From NCBI GenBank assembly GCA_964390795.1, contig CAYMLQ010000001.1, forward strand, positions 2,365-66,364: a stretch of 64,000 nucleotides of DNA. Reading direction: 5' to 3'. The stretch is from an uncultured Lentisphaeraceae bacterium (GTDB lineage: Bacteria; Verrucomicrobiota; Kiritimatiellia; RFP12; UBA1067). Numbering within the stretch: position 1 is the stretch's first letter; each line of letters begins with the position of its first letter. Of this stretch, positions 45,485 through 56,223 are shown one piece after another. The notes under the pieces are model-generated. The model did not search any database. It worked only from the letters and a program-made list of their open reading frames with translations, and was not told the DNA's origin. The translations under genes were made by a program, and so were the position numbers.

Positions 45485-45763
45485 GCCATCTATCGTGCCA
45501 CTTTTGGTGCCACATGTCAAGCATGGCACCATAAAATATTTTTACCGCAACGACGGATAGGACGTATAAGCTGCATTTTCCGGCGGGCGCGGGATACGGT
45601 AAGGGCGGATAACGGCGCTTATGTCAAGTCGCCGGGCGGTGCGGGAGTGCCCGGGCCGGCCAGGCCCTAACACCCCCGCCAGCCAACACCTGCTTTTCAT
45701 CATGCCTCCCTTTTCTCTCTGCAATATCAGTATCGCACCGTGTGTTTGTAGAACATATCCCCG

Positions 45764-46993
45764 TTACGCCAACTCCCAGCCCTTGCGGCAACTCTCTTTG
45801 ATGAATTCATCCGCCTCCGGCGCATTCGAGGCCTTCATGTTGGCGGCGTCCCACTTGATTTTCTTGCCGACGCGCAACGCGATGTTCCCCAGCAGCGCCA
45901 GTTCCGTCAGGCGCGCGCCGTAGTCGAAAGCTGTATCCAGATTGTGGACGGCCAGATTCCCGAGAGAGCCGGTTCCGAACGCCCACCAGTCACACCAGAT
46001 GTACGGCGCGTAGGCCGGGTGATAGGGGCGGGACTCGCGCGGCCCGAGCCACAGGTCCCAATTGAAGCCCGCGGGCACGGGCGGCGTTTCCGGCGGCCTT
46101 ACCGGCTCTTACCGCCAATGACGCGACGGGCTCCACGCGTGTATTCCGCACACCTGTAGCCGGCCACGGTTTCCGAATAGTGCTTTTCGATCGCCAGCGA
46201 CCACCGAACCCGTGAGCCGCATGTGAACGTGGGTTTGGTGTCGCCTTGTTGGGAATAGTCTCTCTCTTTTCTTCCGTGTTGTCGAGGGGTTTGGGTCAAC
46301 CCCAGCGGTCGCTCTGGAGTTGCTCTCTTCTGTCCGGCATAGTCACACCTCGCGAAGTGTGGGTGAATCTGAAATCAGGAAATCAGGAAGGGATTCCCAA
46401 GGTTCCGGTTTTGAAAAACTCCTCGTGACTGCCGAATCCTCCGGTTTCCTGTTTGCCTGTTTGCCAGAGTTCACCTAACAGCCATTTTTGCACGCCAAGA
46501 CCCGAAGACCCAAAGGTAAGAAGAGAACCTCTTTCTCATCTTGGGGTCTTCGGGTCTTGGCGTGCGCCAATCCACACTGTGTGTCTCTGTCCGTCGCTCG
46601 GTTTGACAGATTCACTTCTCCTGAGATGTGAATCTGCATTCGCATGACCCTCCTGATCTAGAAACCCTGAACCGTCCGTGATTCTTCTCTCTCTCCCAAC
46701 AGCGCCTTTGTCGGCTTGCGTCCGGTATGACATTTATACCAGTAGGCCGTCAGGTCGGTCTGCTCGGCCACGTCGCAGACGGCGACGACCTGAGCCTCGG
46801 GCTCATTCAGGAGGCTTTGGGTATTCCGCATGCCCATCCCGCCCGCGCCGATGATCGCGACGTTGACCTTCTCGCTGGGCGCGACAAACCCCGGCCCACC
46901 CAGCACATACCGCGGAACAATCGAAAAGACGGCAGCCGACGCCGCTGTCTTCTTAAGAAACGCTCGCCTTGTAACCGCCACATGCGTTGTCAT
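45764..46993 (-). pseudogene. Decayed Tat-exported Gfo/Idh/MocA family oxidoreductase gene. Only an N-terminal fragment, a frameshifted middle fragment and a C-terminal fragment survive, separated by a ~350-bp low-GC structured insert.
   Basis: The N-terminal fragment (46658..46993) has a Tat motif TRRAFLKK and a Rossmann stretch VNVAIIGAGGMGMRNTQSLLNEPEAQVVAVCDV, then hits a stop. ORF 46099..46299 carries an EK(P)-like stretch (AIEKHYSETVAGY) in another frame. The C-terminal fragment (45764..46078) reads FNWDLWLGPRESRPYHPAYAPYIWCDWWAFGTGSLGNLAVHNLD, typical of GH109-like Gfo/Idh/MocA proteins. Region ~46300-46657 has no homologous coding and contains perfect hairpins. Confidence 0.55.
46490..46565. 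other. Perfect 22-bp-stem hairpin (GCACGCCAAGACCCGAAGACCC ... GGGTCTTCGGGTCTTGGCGTGC) inside the low-GC insert of the Gfo/Idh/MocA pseudogene
   Basis: 32-nt loop and no U-tract on either strand, so it is not a terminator. A second short hairpin CAGATTCAC...GTGAATCTG lies at ~46609-46638. Direct AAATCAGGA repeats lie at ~46375-46395. Confidence 0.6.
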
Positions 46994-47006
46994 CGTGTCC
47001 CCCGTT

Positions 47007-48332
47007 TTATTGCGCCTGCTCAAGTTCTAGCGTAAGCGACATGGGGGCCCTGCCGGTTACATTCTCCTTGGCGTAAAACTTAAAGTCGCACTCCATCCCC
47101 GATACGGCCTGAGTGCGCCCTGGGCCAATGGCGAGTGTAACAACCCTCATCTCAGATGGACTGATCTTCTTTTTCACGAATGCGCACAACTCGCCTTGCG
47201 TGTCCGGGAACTGCAAGACACTGCCAACTGGCGTCGTGGACGTGCAGAAGCGCAGAACTTCAAGCGACTGAGCCTGCCTGCCGAAAGTGAAATTGACACT
47301 GCCTGAAGCCGTATAATCAGTAATCACGCCAAGGCCCGTGGCATCCCGCAGGGCAGTGTAAGTAACCGTTTTCAAATCAGGATTAGCGCTGAGGCCCAGT
47401 ACTTCCAACTCAATCGGCCTAGCTGGAGCCCATCCAGGCATGCCGTATAAATTGTGTTTCTGGGCAACGACGCCCGCAAACCTCGCGCGGGTCACTTTCC
47501 ATCCGGCAGGCAGTTGTGGCAGGGCAAACTGAACCAACCCCATCTGACCGACGTCCACTATTCCACCCGCACCGGTGAGGTCAGGGTGATATCGGCAGTT
47601 TCGGACATTGATCTGATGCGCACTTCCGGCGAAATTTGTGCGTGGGTTCGAGCAGTCCACGAACGCATCCTCCACCAGTCTGGCGGATAACACCGTCGTG
47701 CGGTCTGATCCGCCAAGCGTCGTCAACGAAAGCCTCGTGTCCGAAACGGCGGAAGCCGAATAACTGACGGAGTCCGAGATTATTTGGCCGTTCGTGCTGG
47801 CATTGTTCCACTCCAACAGGGTAAGCGGCATCCGGGGCGGATGCACGGCGGTCTGCGAGTCCTTCACCTCCCCGTTTATCGAAACGCGGGAACCCGTCGA
47901 GTCCCAATGGAACACAACCACATCCCCCTTGGCCAGCGAGGACGAGATGACCGGGCCTGTGTGAATCTTGGAGCCGTTCCGAACGTGAAAGCGCCAACCG
48001 GCCCCGTTGTCGGAAAGAACGAGGAACGGGTCACCGTCATCAATGTCACCCAGGCCAAAGAGCCCCTGGGAACTGGAGGAGAGGCCGCCAATCACAAACT
48101 TGAAGTCACCTTGCGAGAACATCATTGAAGACGTCAGGTCCGACTCGTTCAGTATGGCGTGGCCGCCGTCCACGCCAGCCAAACCACCCCGCCACCATTT
48201 CGTCCTGTCGAGCGTGGTGTTGGGCCACGTGAAATCATCGTAGAGGGCATACTCGCCCAGAGCGGGGCTACTTGCCAGGAACGCCACCGCCCCCGCCACC
48301 ACATGAAAGATCCGCTTCCCCATAATACGCAT
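47007..48332 (-). CDS. Secreted hypothetical protein, possible LamG/concanavalin-like jellyroll domain
   Basis: The track ORF extends to 48671 and overlaps the upstream gene. I prefer the ATG at 48330-48332 (MRIMGKRIFHVVAGAVAFLASSPALG signal), 9 bp after the upstream stop. The domain assignment is weak and pattern-based only. Confidence 0.45.
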   Translation of the reverse strand: MRIMGKRIFHVVAGAVAFLASSPALGEYALYDDFTWPNTTLDRTKWWRGGLAGVDGGHAILNESDLTSSMMFSQGDFKFVIGGLSSSSQGLFGLGDIDDGDPFLVLSDNGAGWRFHVRNGSKIHTGPVISSSLAKGDVVVFHWDSTGSRVSINGEVKDSQTAVHPPRMPLTLLEWNNASTNGQIISDSVSYSASAVSDTRLSLTTLGGSDRTTVLSARLVEDAFVDCSNPRTNFAGSAHQINVRNCRYHPDLTGAGGIVDVGQMGLVQFALPQLPAGWKVTRARFAGVVAQKHNLYGMPGWAPARPIELEVLGLSANPDLKTVTYTALRDATGLGVITDYTASGSVNFTFGRQAQSLEVLRFCTSTTPVGSVLQFPDTQGELCAFVKKKISPSEMRVVTLAIGPGRTQAVSGMECDFKFYAKENVTGRAPMSLTLELEQAQ

Positions 48333-48340
48333 AGAAAGGC

Positions 48341-49465
48341 CTATCCGAACGTTTTGAAGAGCGTCGCCACCGCGCGCGTCATGGCGGCCGGATAGCGGGC
48401 CACGTCCGTGACCGACAGCATCCATCTGCCGGTCGGCACCTCGGTGACCTTCCACGTCGTGCGCCCGTCGTCCGCGCAGGTCGCCTCGACCGGCAGCAGC
48501 CTGAACACCGCCGCGTCGCCCGCGTCCTTGGCCGGCACGATCTCGCCGTCTTTCGTCACCGTCAGCCCCGCCGCCGCGAACTGGCTGGCCGTGGACCACA
48601 TGCCGCGCCGGTCGCCCAGGATCTTTTCCCAAGACGCCACGGGCGGCTGGCTCTTCATCGCGCGCAACCACTTCGGGTTCGCGGACTTCTCGAACAGATA
48701 GTCGAAAAAGTTCGCCAGTCCCGCCGACACACCCGCGAGCGCATCACGGTGCGGCAGCCAGTAGAAGCTCCCCTCCGCACCGCTCTGGCGCTGCTCGGTC
48801 GTGTGCCAGCACGGGAACCAGAAGAGCGGGCAGGGCAGGTCGAACATCGCCGCGTAGGCCGCCGGGTCAAGCTTGACGTTGAACTCAAGCTGCTCGGGCT
48901 TGGCCGGGTTGTCGTGCGCCGAGCCGCTGTTGAGCGACACGCCCGCGCACGTTGCCCTGAACAGGGCGGGCTCGCGCAACGCCGCCACGATGATGTCGGC
49001 CGCGTTCCCCACGCACACCAGGCTGACCGGGCGCTCCGCCGCTCTCAACTGCGCAAGGATAAAGCGCACGGCGGCCGTCTCCTGAGGCGGCGCTTCGGGG
49101 AGCGCGTCCCGGCGGCTCTTCAGCCGCAGCGAGGTGCCGATCGAAGCCGGCACGGACAGCCCCGTCAGCCGGTTCATCTGCGCCACCGCCACGACCGCCG
49201 GGTCGCCGGCGCGGAAGTCGGGCGGATAGTCGATCACCACGCCGCGCAGGTCGAACGCGCCCCGCTGCGCCAGCGCGTACGCGACCGCCAGGTCGAAGTG
49301 GTCGTCCGGGTCGCCGTGCGGGTGAAAGAGATCGGTCACATGAATGAGCGGCGTCGCCGTCGGGCCTCCCTGCGCCGGCGCGGCAGATGCCGGAAGCCTC
49401 ACGACGGTCGCGCCTGCGGCGACCGCACCCGTTGTCAAGAATCCTCGTCGAGATGTTGGCCTCAT
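48341..49465 (-). CDS. Tat-exported DUF1593-like (nucleoside-hydrolase-like fold) protein
   Basis: Preferred ATG at 49463-49465 (MRPTSRRGFLTTGAVAAGATVV, twin-arginine motif), with GGGGAG upstream. HVTDLFHPHGDPDDHFDLAVAYAL resembles the DUF1593 N-terminal TD..DPDD motif. Confidence 0.5.
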   Translation of the reverse strand: MRPTSRRGFLTTGAVAAGATVVRLPASAAPAQGGPTATPLIHVTDLFHPHGDPDDHFDLAVAYALAQRGAFDLRGVVIDYPPDFRAGDPAVVAVAQMNRLTGLSVPASIGTSLRLKSRRDALPEAPPQETAAVRFILAQLRAAERPVSLVCVGNAADIIVAALREPALFRATCAGVSLNSGSAHDNPAKPEQLEFNVKLDPAAYAAMFDLPCPLFWFPCWHTTEQRQSGAEGSFYWLPHRDALAGVSAGLANFFDYLFEKSANPKWLRAMKSQPPVASWEKILGDRRGMWSTASQFAAAGLTVTKDGEIVPAKDAGDAAVFRLLPVEATCADDGRTTWKVTEVPTGRWMLSVTDVARYPAAMTRAVATLFKTFG

Positions 49466-49585
49466 GTCTCCCCCGCTATCGGTTCCCATTATTTCTGACC
49501 ATTGAGTGTGGCAGAACAAGAAACGACAAACGGCTCCGGGCAATCGCCCAGAACCGTTATTGTCGACACATACGCTAGAAGCTTC

Positions 49586-49888
49586 TTACTTAGCGTCTTT
49601 TTCCTTCTTAGGCCCCTTGCCCTTGCCGTGCTGTTTGCCCAGTTCCTTCATCTTGGCCTTGAAAGCCACCGGATCCTTCTCCTTCAGCGCGATCAGCTCT
49701 TTGTACTGAGCCTCGTCCTTGGCCTTGATCTGCTCCAGACGCTTGGTCATCATCTCTTCGCGCTTCTCAGGGGTCATTTCCGCATGCTTAGCCTTGCCCT
49801 TTTCGGCACCTGCGGCAGCCTCATCAGCCGCCATCACGCCCATCGTCAGAGCCGACATCATCGCGAACGCCATCATGATCTGCTTCAT
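49586..49888 (-). CDS. Small Lys-rich periplasmic protein, possibly Spy/CpxP/ZraP-like
   Basis: 100 aa with signal MKQIMMAFAMMSALTMGVMAA. Helical K/E-rich body with a MTPEKREEMM segment reminiscent of the LTPEQ motifs of Spy/CpxP proteins. Confidence 0.4.
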   Translation of the reverse strand: MKQIMMAFAMMSALTMGVMAADEAAAGAEKGKAKHAEMTPEKREEMMTKRLEQIKAKDEAQYKELIALKEKDPVAFKAKMKELGKQHGKGKGPKKEKDAK

Positions 49889-49975
49889 AAGTAATCTCCC
49901 TTTTTCGTTTCTGACCTGTTAGGTCTTTGTAAGCATGATAAACGCATGTGCCAAAGCTTTATTGCCAAGAAAAAA

Positions 49976-50230
49976 TCAGCATCGCTCTTCCTTGTAGTTG
50001 AACAAGTCCGCCAGCCTGTACGTCTTGCCCGTAACCTTCTGCAGCGCATTCTGCACGATCGTCTGCGTGTTCGTGGTCAACCGCCGCCCCTTGCACGCGC
50101 GCGACACCATCTTGTGCGTCATCTGCACCTTTGACGCCGTCACCAGGTCATGCGGCTTGATACCCGCCCCGGCCATAATCCGCGCAATGGGCTGCTCGCC
50201 CAAATTCCGTTCGATACCGTCATCCGACAT
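49976..50230 (-). CDS. Small hypothetical protein; its start overlaps the stop of the upstream cyclase-like gene by 11 bp
   Basis: 84-aa ORF on the same strand as its neighbours. No recognisable motif. Coding status uncertain. Confidence 0.3.
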   Translation of the reverse strand: MSDDGIERNLGEQPIARIMAGAGIKPHDLVTASKVQMTHKMVSRACKGRRLTTNTQTIVQNALQKVTGKTYRLADLFNYKEERC

Positions 50231-52103
50231 GTGTACTCTCTTTCTGTTTAAAATTTTCGCCCAGCGCCTCCAGCGACCACACCAGAGGATACAGGTGTTC
50301 GTGGTACCAGAGCAACGCGAAATACAGCCCGATCGGCGCGGCCTGCCCTAAACCGCCGGATCCTTGTTCCGCCAGCCAGTCGCACCCGCTCCGCGCCGCC
50401 TCGGCGCACGCCGTACCTCCGCCCGTGAGCGCGATCACCGCCAGCGCCGTCTCCTCCACCGTCGCCTCACGCCCCACTCCCCAGCCACCATCCTCGTGCT
50501 GCGCATCCAACAGCCACTTCTCTCCTCGCGCCAGCATCCCCCCAACTCCTAACTCCTCACTCCTCACTCCTAACTCGCGCTGCGCGCCGCGCACGGCGCG
50601 CAGCGCGTCCACGACGCGCGCCGTCCCCACCACCGGGTTCCTGCCGTCCGCAGCCTCCTGATGTCCGAACCAGAGCGGCGCCCAGCTCCCGTCCGCCTCC
50701 TGCGCCCGCTCCAGGTAGCGGGCCAACCGCTCCATAGCTTTTCCCGCCAGCGGCGACACGTCGCGCCAGGCCGCCAGAGCCGCCAGCGCGTGAGCGGAAA
50801 GATCCGGGCAGCTCCGGTCGAACGGCAGCCGACCCCAGCCCCGGCAGAAGGTCGGCATGCCGCCGTCCGCATTCTGCAAGCCCAGCAGCCACCGCACGCC
50901 GCCGCGCACGGTCCCCGACACGTCCGTCCTGCACCCGACGTCTTTGAGCCGCCTCAGCGCGAGCAGCGCCCCGCTCGTGTCGTCCGCGTCAGGCACGCCG
51001 CCGGGCAGGTCGGTCCACGCCCACCCGCCCGGCGCCGCACCCGTGAACAGATGCCTCGTCTTCAACTGGGTCTTCACCAGCCACTTCGCGACCCGCTCCG
51101 CATCATCGATCCCCCCGGCGTCCAGCTTCCATTTCCCCGTTTCCCTTTGCGCCGGCCCGCCGCCGCGCCACACCGCCCGCACCGCGAGGCTCGTCACCCA
51201 GGTCCGCAGGTTCGAATCGATGGCCCAGCTCCCGTCGCCCCGCGCCGCCTGACGCAGGAACGCCAGCCCTTTCTGCGCCACCGGATGCTCGCCGTAGCCC
51301 GAGTGCCGCAGCGACAGGCACACGAAGGCGGTCAGCGGGATCGCATCCAGATAGCCGCCGTGCGAGGGCTGCAGCGCCGCGAGCTTTCGCAGCAGCGGCC
51401 CCGCGAGCCAGCGTCCCCATGCGAGCCCGCCGCGCGCCCGCGCCGCACAGATGTGGCGGCACAGCCCCACCGCGATCAAAGCGGGCAGGGCGTAGCTCAC
51501 GACCTGCAGGCGGAGAAACCGGTACAGCCCTTGCGGCAACAGCGCCAGCAGGAACGGCAGCGGCGGCACGCTTTTCCACGCCCCCGCGTCCGCCCCGCTC
51601 ATGGCCAGAAATGCCAGAATCGGCACCGCGAAGGTGCGGTCCTTCCCGTAAGCCCTCGCCAGGGCCGACGCGACCGCCTCCGGCTCCAGGCCGCCCACCC
51701 GCCCCGCAACCCACGCCTCCGCCCGTGACAGGACGCTGTAGTACGCGTCGCGGCACTCCTCCCGCCCGCTGACCTCTGACCTCTGACCTCTGACCTCTGA
51801 CTCCTCACGCCTCACTCGCGGCCGCCGCAGCGCGGCGGCTGCGATCAGCGTGGCGCTGAGATTCGAGACGCTCTCGGGCGTGTCCCCCCATCCGCCGTCG
51901 GAGTTGGCGTGCGCGATCAGCCAATCCGCGCCCGCCTCGGCCAGCCTCCGGTCTGCCTCGCCGCCGCCCCCGAGCGCGCTGACGGCCAGCGCAGTGCCTA
52001 ACGCGCTGGACGAAAGCTCGCCCGTCCAGACACCGGTTGCCTGATCCCGCTCCCGCAGAACCCGTTCCCGCAACGCCTCGTACGCCTTCTGTATCCTGTG
52101 CAT
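50220..52103 (-). CDS. Class II terpene cyclase-like protein (squalene-hopene cyclase / prenyltransferase-squalene oxidase repeat family)
   Basis: 627 aa. It has a DxDDT-type motif (VPDADDTSGALLALRRL) and repeated QW-like segments (QEADGSWAPLWFGH, QNADGGMPTFCRGWG, QHEDGGWGVGREA). It contains two in-frame heptanucleotide repeat tracts. Confidence 0.55.
   Translation of the reverse strand: MHRIQKAYEALRERVLRERDQATGVWTGELSSSALGTALAVSALGGGGEADRRLAEAGADWLIAHANSDGGWGDTPESVSNLSATLIAAAALRRPRVRREESEVRGQRSEVSGREECRDAYYSVLSRAEAWVAGRVGGLEPEAVASALARAYGKDRTFAVPILAFLAMSGADAGAWKSVPPLPFLLALLPQGLYRFLRLQVVSYALPALIAVGLCRHICAARARGGLAWGRWLAGPLLRKLAALQPSHGGYLDAIPLTAFVCLSLRHSGYGEHPVAQKGLAFLRQAARGDGSWAIDSNLRTWVTSLAVRAVWRGGGPAQRETGKWKLDAGGIDDAERVAKWLVKTQLKTRHLFTGAAPGGWAWTDLPGGVPDADDTSGALLALRRLKDVGCRTDVSGTVRGGVRWLLGLQNADGGMPTFCRGWGRLPFDRSCPDLSAHALAALAAWRDVSPLAGKAMERLARYLERAQEADGSWAPLWFGHQEAADGRNPVVGTARVVDALRAVRGAQRELGVRSEELGVGGMLARGEKWLLDAQHEDGGWGVGREATVEETALAVIALTGGGTACAEAARSGCDWLAEQGSGGLGQAAPIGLYFALLWYHEHLYPLVWSLEALGENFKQKESTHVG
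51771..51798. repeat. Heptanucleotide tandem repeat (GACCTCT)x4 within the cyclase-like gene
   Basis: Four perfect units plus one imperfect unit. It encodes SEVRGQRSEV on the minus strand. A second (A/C)ACTCCT x4 tract lies at ~50545-50572 in the same gene. Confidence 0.7.
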
Positions 52104-52275
52104 GCCGGCTAGCTTACCGGATTGCAGGCCTCTTCAGAAAGCGCAATCTTCGGCGCATGATTCGGCTTTCCAATTCAGCGGTAAAACACTAAACTACATC
52201 TGCATTCGTTGCACCCAGTGTCTATAAAAGGCCACGCGCGAACCCGTCCACATCCGGCAAAAGGAAACCCGCCTC

Positions 52276-53817
<1,542 letters not shown>

Positions 53818-53868
53818 GCCTTTTCTTCCGAACTTTGTGCTTGAACCTGCCGGGAGGGAAAAGAGACA

Positions 53869-54897
53869 ATGAGCGGCACTATGAAAAACTCTTCTTTCGC
53901 TTTCGTGTGCGGTCTCGCGACCGCAGGGCTCCTGTGCGGAGCGTCCTCCCTGTTCGCCGCAGATGTCTGTGACGCGGCCAAGCCTTTTGTCGGTCGCTGG
54001 GCGCTGACCCTCCCTGGCGGCGGCGCGGGCTGGCTGGGCGTCGAGGCCCAGGCCGACGGCACGCTCAAAGGCGCGATCCTCTGGGGCGGCGGCAGCGTCG
54101 TGCCGGTGAGCGAAACCAAGGTTGAAAATGGCGCGCTGGTCGTTATCCGTAAGAGCACAGAAAAAAAGGATGGCAAGGACCGTCCGAAAATCGAAACGAT
54201 CACCGCCAAGCTCGCTGGCGACACGTTGGCTCTTGCAACCCGCACGGTCAATTTTGAGGGCAAAGAGGTCGGCAAAGCCGATTTTGTAGGCAAAAAGATC
54301 CCCGATCTTCCTCAGAAACCCGACCTGTCAAAAATCAAGTTCGGCACCCCGGTCTCTCTGCTCAACGGCAAAGACTTGGCCGGCTGGAAGGTCATGAACG
54401 AGAAGGCGCCCAACTGCTGGAGCGTCGCCGACGGCATGCTCAGCAACCGCGTCAAGGGCCCGGACGGCAAGAACCAGCACGGCACCAACATCCGCACCGA
54501 GGCGGAATTCGAGGACTTCAACCTCAAGACCGAGGTGCGCGTCCCCAAAGGCGGCAACAGCGGCATGTATCTGCGCGGCATCTACGAGGTCCAGGTCGCC
54601 GAAAGCTTTGGCAAGCCCGTTGACTCGCATAACATGGGCGCCCTCTACAGCCGCATCACGCCCTCCGTGGCCGCCGAGAAACCGGCCGGCGAATGGCAGA
54701 CCGTCGACATCACGCTGGTCGACCGCCACCTGACCGTGATCCTTAACGGCAAGACGATCATCGACAACCAGCCCGTGCTCGGCTGCACCGGCGGAGCATT
54801 AACCTCCGACGAGTTCAAGCCCGGCCCGATTTATCTGCAAGGGGATCACACGGACGTCGACTACCGCAACATGGTGCTGACGCCGGTCTTGAAGTAA
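53869..54897 (+). CDS. DUF1080 (3-keto-disaccharide hydrolase) family secreted protein
   Basis: Signal peptide. The LLNGKDLAGWKVM...NCWSVADGML...GNSGMYLRG...IYLQGDH pattern is typical of DUF1080. A strong intrinsic terminator follows. Confidence 0.8.
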   Translation: MSGTMKNSSFAFVCGLATAGLLCGASSLFAADVCDAAKPFVGRWALTLPGGGAGWLGVEAQADGTLKGAILWGGGSVVPVSETKVENGALVVIRKSTEKKDGKDRPKIETITAKLAGDTLALATRTVNFEGKEVGKADFVGKKIPDLPQKPDLSKIKFGTPVSLLNGKDLAGWKVMNEKAPNCWSVADGMLSNRVKGPDGKNQHGTNIRTEAEFEDFNLKTEVRVPKGGNSGMYLRGIYEVQVAESFGKPVDSHNMGALYSRITPSVAAEKPAGEWQTVDITLVDRHLTVILNGKTIIDNQPVLGCTGGALTSDEFKPGPIYLQGDHTDVDYRNMVLTPVLK

Positions 54898-55010
54898 CGT
54901 TCAACTCTCGACGCTCAACTCTCAACGCTCAGCGTACAATGAACGCCTCGGCCTTTCACTTGAGCGTTGAACGTTGCGCGTTGAACGTTCTCAGCTCTAA
55001 CAAAAGAAAA

Positions 55011-55036
55011 CGCTCCCCCCCGGGGGGGCGTTTTTG
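55011..55036 (+). terminator. Rho-independent terminator of the DUF1080 gene
   Basis: CGCTCCCCCCC/GGGGGGGCG GC hairpin followed by TTTTT, ~115 bp after the stop at 54897. It is preceded by a long imperfect inverted repeat at 54899-54996. Confidence 0.8.
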
Positions 55037-55081
55037 GTATTCTTGAACCACTTTATTAACGCATAGCTTCAGGAGATTTCT

Positions 55082-56125
55082 ATGGCCGAGAAGAAAACGA
55101 GCAATACACAGTTGGAGGCGGTTCTAAGTCAGATTCGCAAAGAGTTCGGCGAATCGGCCATCATGCGCATGGGCGACGCGGAAGCATCGAAGAACATCGC
55201 CATCATCCCGACCGGCGCCCTTTCGCTGGATCTCGCACTCGGCGTGGGCGGCCTGCCGCGCGGGCGGGTGGTCGAAGTTTACGGTCAGGAGTCCTCCGGT
55301 AAAACCACGCTGGCGCTGCACATCATCGCCAACGCCCAGAAGAGCGGCGGCCTCGCCGCGTTCGTCGATGCTGAGCATGCCATGGATCCCAACTACGCCC
55401 GCCGCATCGGCGTGAACCTCGACGACCTGCTGGTCTCCCAGCCCGGCTCCGGCGAGGAGGCGCTCACCATCACCGAACAGCTCGTCAAGAGCGGCGCGCT
55501 GGACGTGGTGGTCGTGGATTCCGTTGCCGCGCTCACGCCCCAGGCCGAGCTGGACGGCAGCATGGGCGACTCGCACATGGGCCTCCAAGCGCGTCTCATG
55601 TCACAGGCCATGCGCAAGCTCACCAGCGCCATCTCCCAGACCAAGACGCTCTGCCTCTTCACCAACCAGGTGCGCGAAAAGATCGGCGTGATGTTCGGCA
55701 ACCCGGAGACCACGCCCGGCGGCAAGGCGCTCAAGTTCTACGCCTCGGTGCGCCTGCAAGTCCAGCGCATCGGCGCGATCAAGGATCCCGCCGGCACGGT
55801 GATCGGCAACCGCACGCGCGTCAAGGTCGTCAAGAACAAGGTCGCGCCGCCCTTCACGGAAGCCGAGTTCGACATCCTCTACGCCCGCGGCATCTCATGG
55901 GAGGGCTCGGTGCTCGACGCCGCCCTCGCCCGCAACGTGGTCACCAAGCGCGGCTCGTGGCTGAGTTTCGGCACCGAGCAGATCGGCCAAGGGTCGGTCG
56001 CCTCCACCGAGTTCCTGCGCTCGCACCCCGAACTCGTCGCCCAGATCATCGAGCGGATCAAGGCCGAGCCCATTCTCACGATCGGCAAAGCCAAGCCGCC
56101 CGCCGCCGACGACGCCGCGGAATAA
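55082..56125 (+). CDS. recA: Recombinase RecA
   Basis: Walker [13 protein letters not shown], plus the canonical RecA motifs [43 protein letters not shown] and KNKVAPPF. Confidence 0.97.
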   Translation: MAEKKTSNTQLEAVLSQIRKEFGESAIMRMGDAEASKNIAIIPTGALSLDLALGVGGLPRGRVVEVYGQESSGKTTLALHIIANAQKSGGLAAFVDAEHAMDPNYARRIGVNLDDLLVSQPGSGEEALTITEQLVKSGALDVVVVDSVAALTPQAELDGSMGDSHMGLQARLMSQAMRKLTSAISQTKTLCLFTNQVREKIGVMFGNPETTPGGKALKFYASVRLQVQRIGAIKDPAGTVIGNRTRVKVVKNKVAPPFTEAEFDILYARGISWEGSVLDAALARNVVTKRGSWLSFGTEQIGQGSVASTEFLRSHPELVAQIIERIKAEPILTIGKAKPPAADDAAE

Positions 56126-56133
56126 GCGCTCTA

Positions 56134-56194
56134 GAGGTGGTCACAATTTGCGGCCACCTTCTCCAAACTTGAGATCACAAATTGTGACCTCAAG
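56134..56194. promoter_or_regulatory. Two adjacent imperfect palindromes between recA and the ORF6N gene (GAGGTGGTCACAATTTGCGGCCACC and CTTGAGATCACAAATTGTGACCTCAAG)
   Basis: Both share the TCACAAWTTGTGA core. They could act as the recA terminator and/or an operator for the ORF6N gene. A perfect copy of the same arm lies inside that gene exactly 300 bp downstream. Confidence 0.5.
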
Positions 56195-56223
56195 TTGAAC
56201 AGTTAATACGCGCAATTATAACA

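Noticed and set aside
45542-45724. 60-aa ORF beginning MQREKGGMMKSRCWLAGVL.
   Set aside because: It is a relic produced by duplication of the nucleoside-hydrolase 5' end (copy B of the direct repeat). It diverges into non-coding sequence after 11 homologous codons and is not an independent gene.
46099-46299. 66-aa ORF MTQTPRQHGRKERDY...AIEKHYSETVAGY.
   Set aside because: It is a frameshifted internal fragment of the Gfo/Idh/MocA pseudogene (EKP-motif region), not a separate gene.
54899-54996. Long imperfect inverted repeat (CGTTCAACTCTCGACGCTCAACTCTCAACGCTCA ... TGAGCGTTGAACGTTGCGCGTTGAACG) after the DUF1080 gene, as a separate regulatory element.
   Set aside because: It most likely forms part of the 3' UTR structure ahead of the clear intrinsic terminator at 55011-55036. 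There is no basis to assign an independent function.
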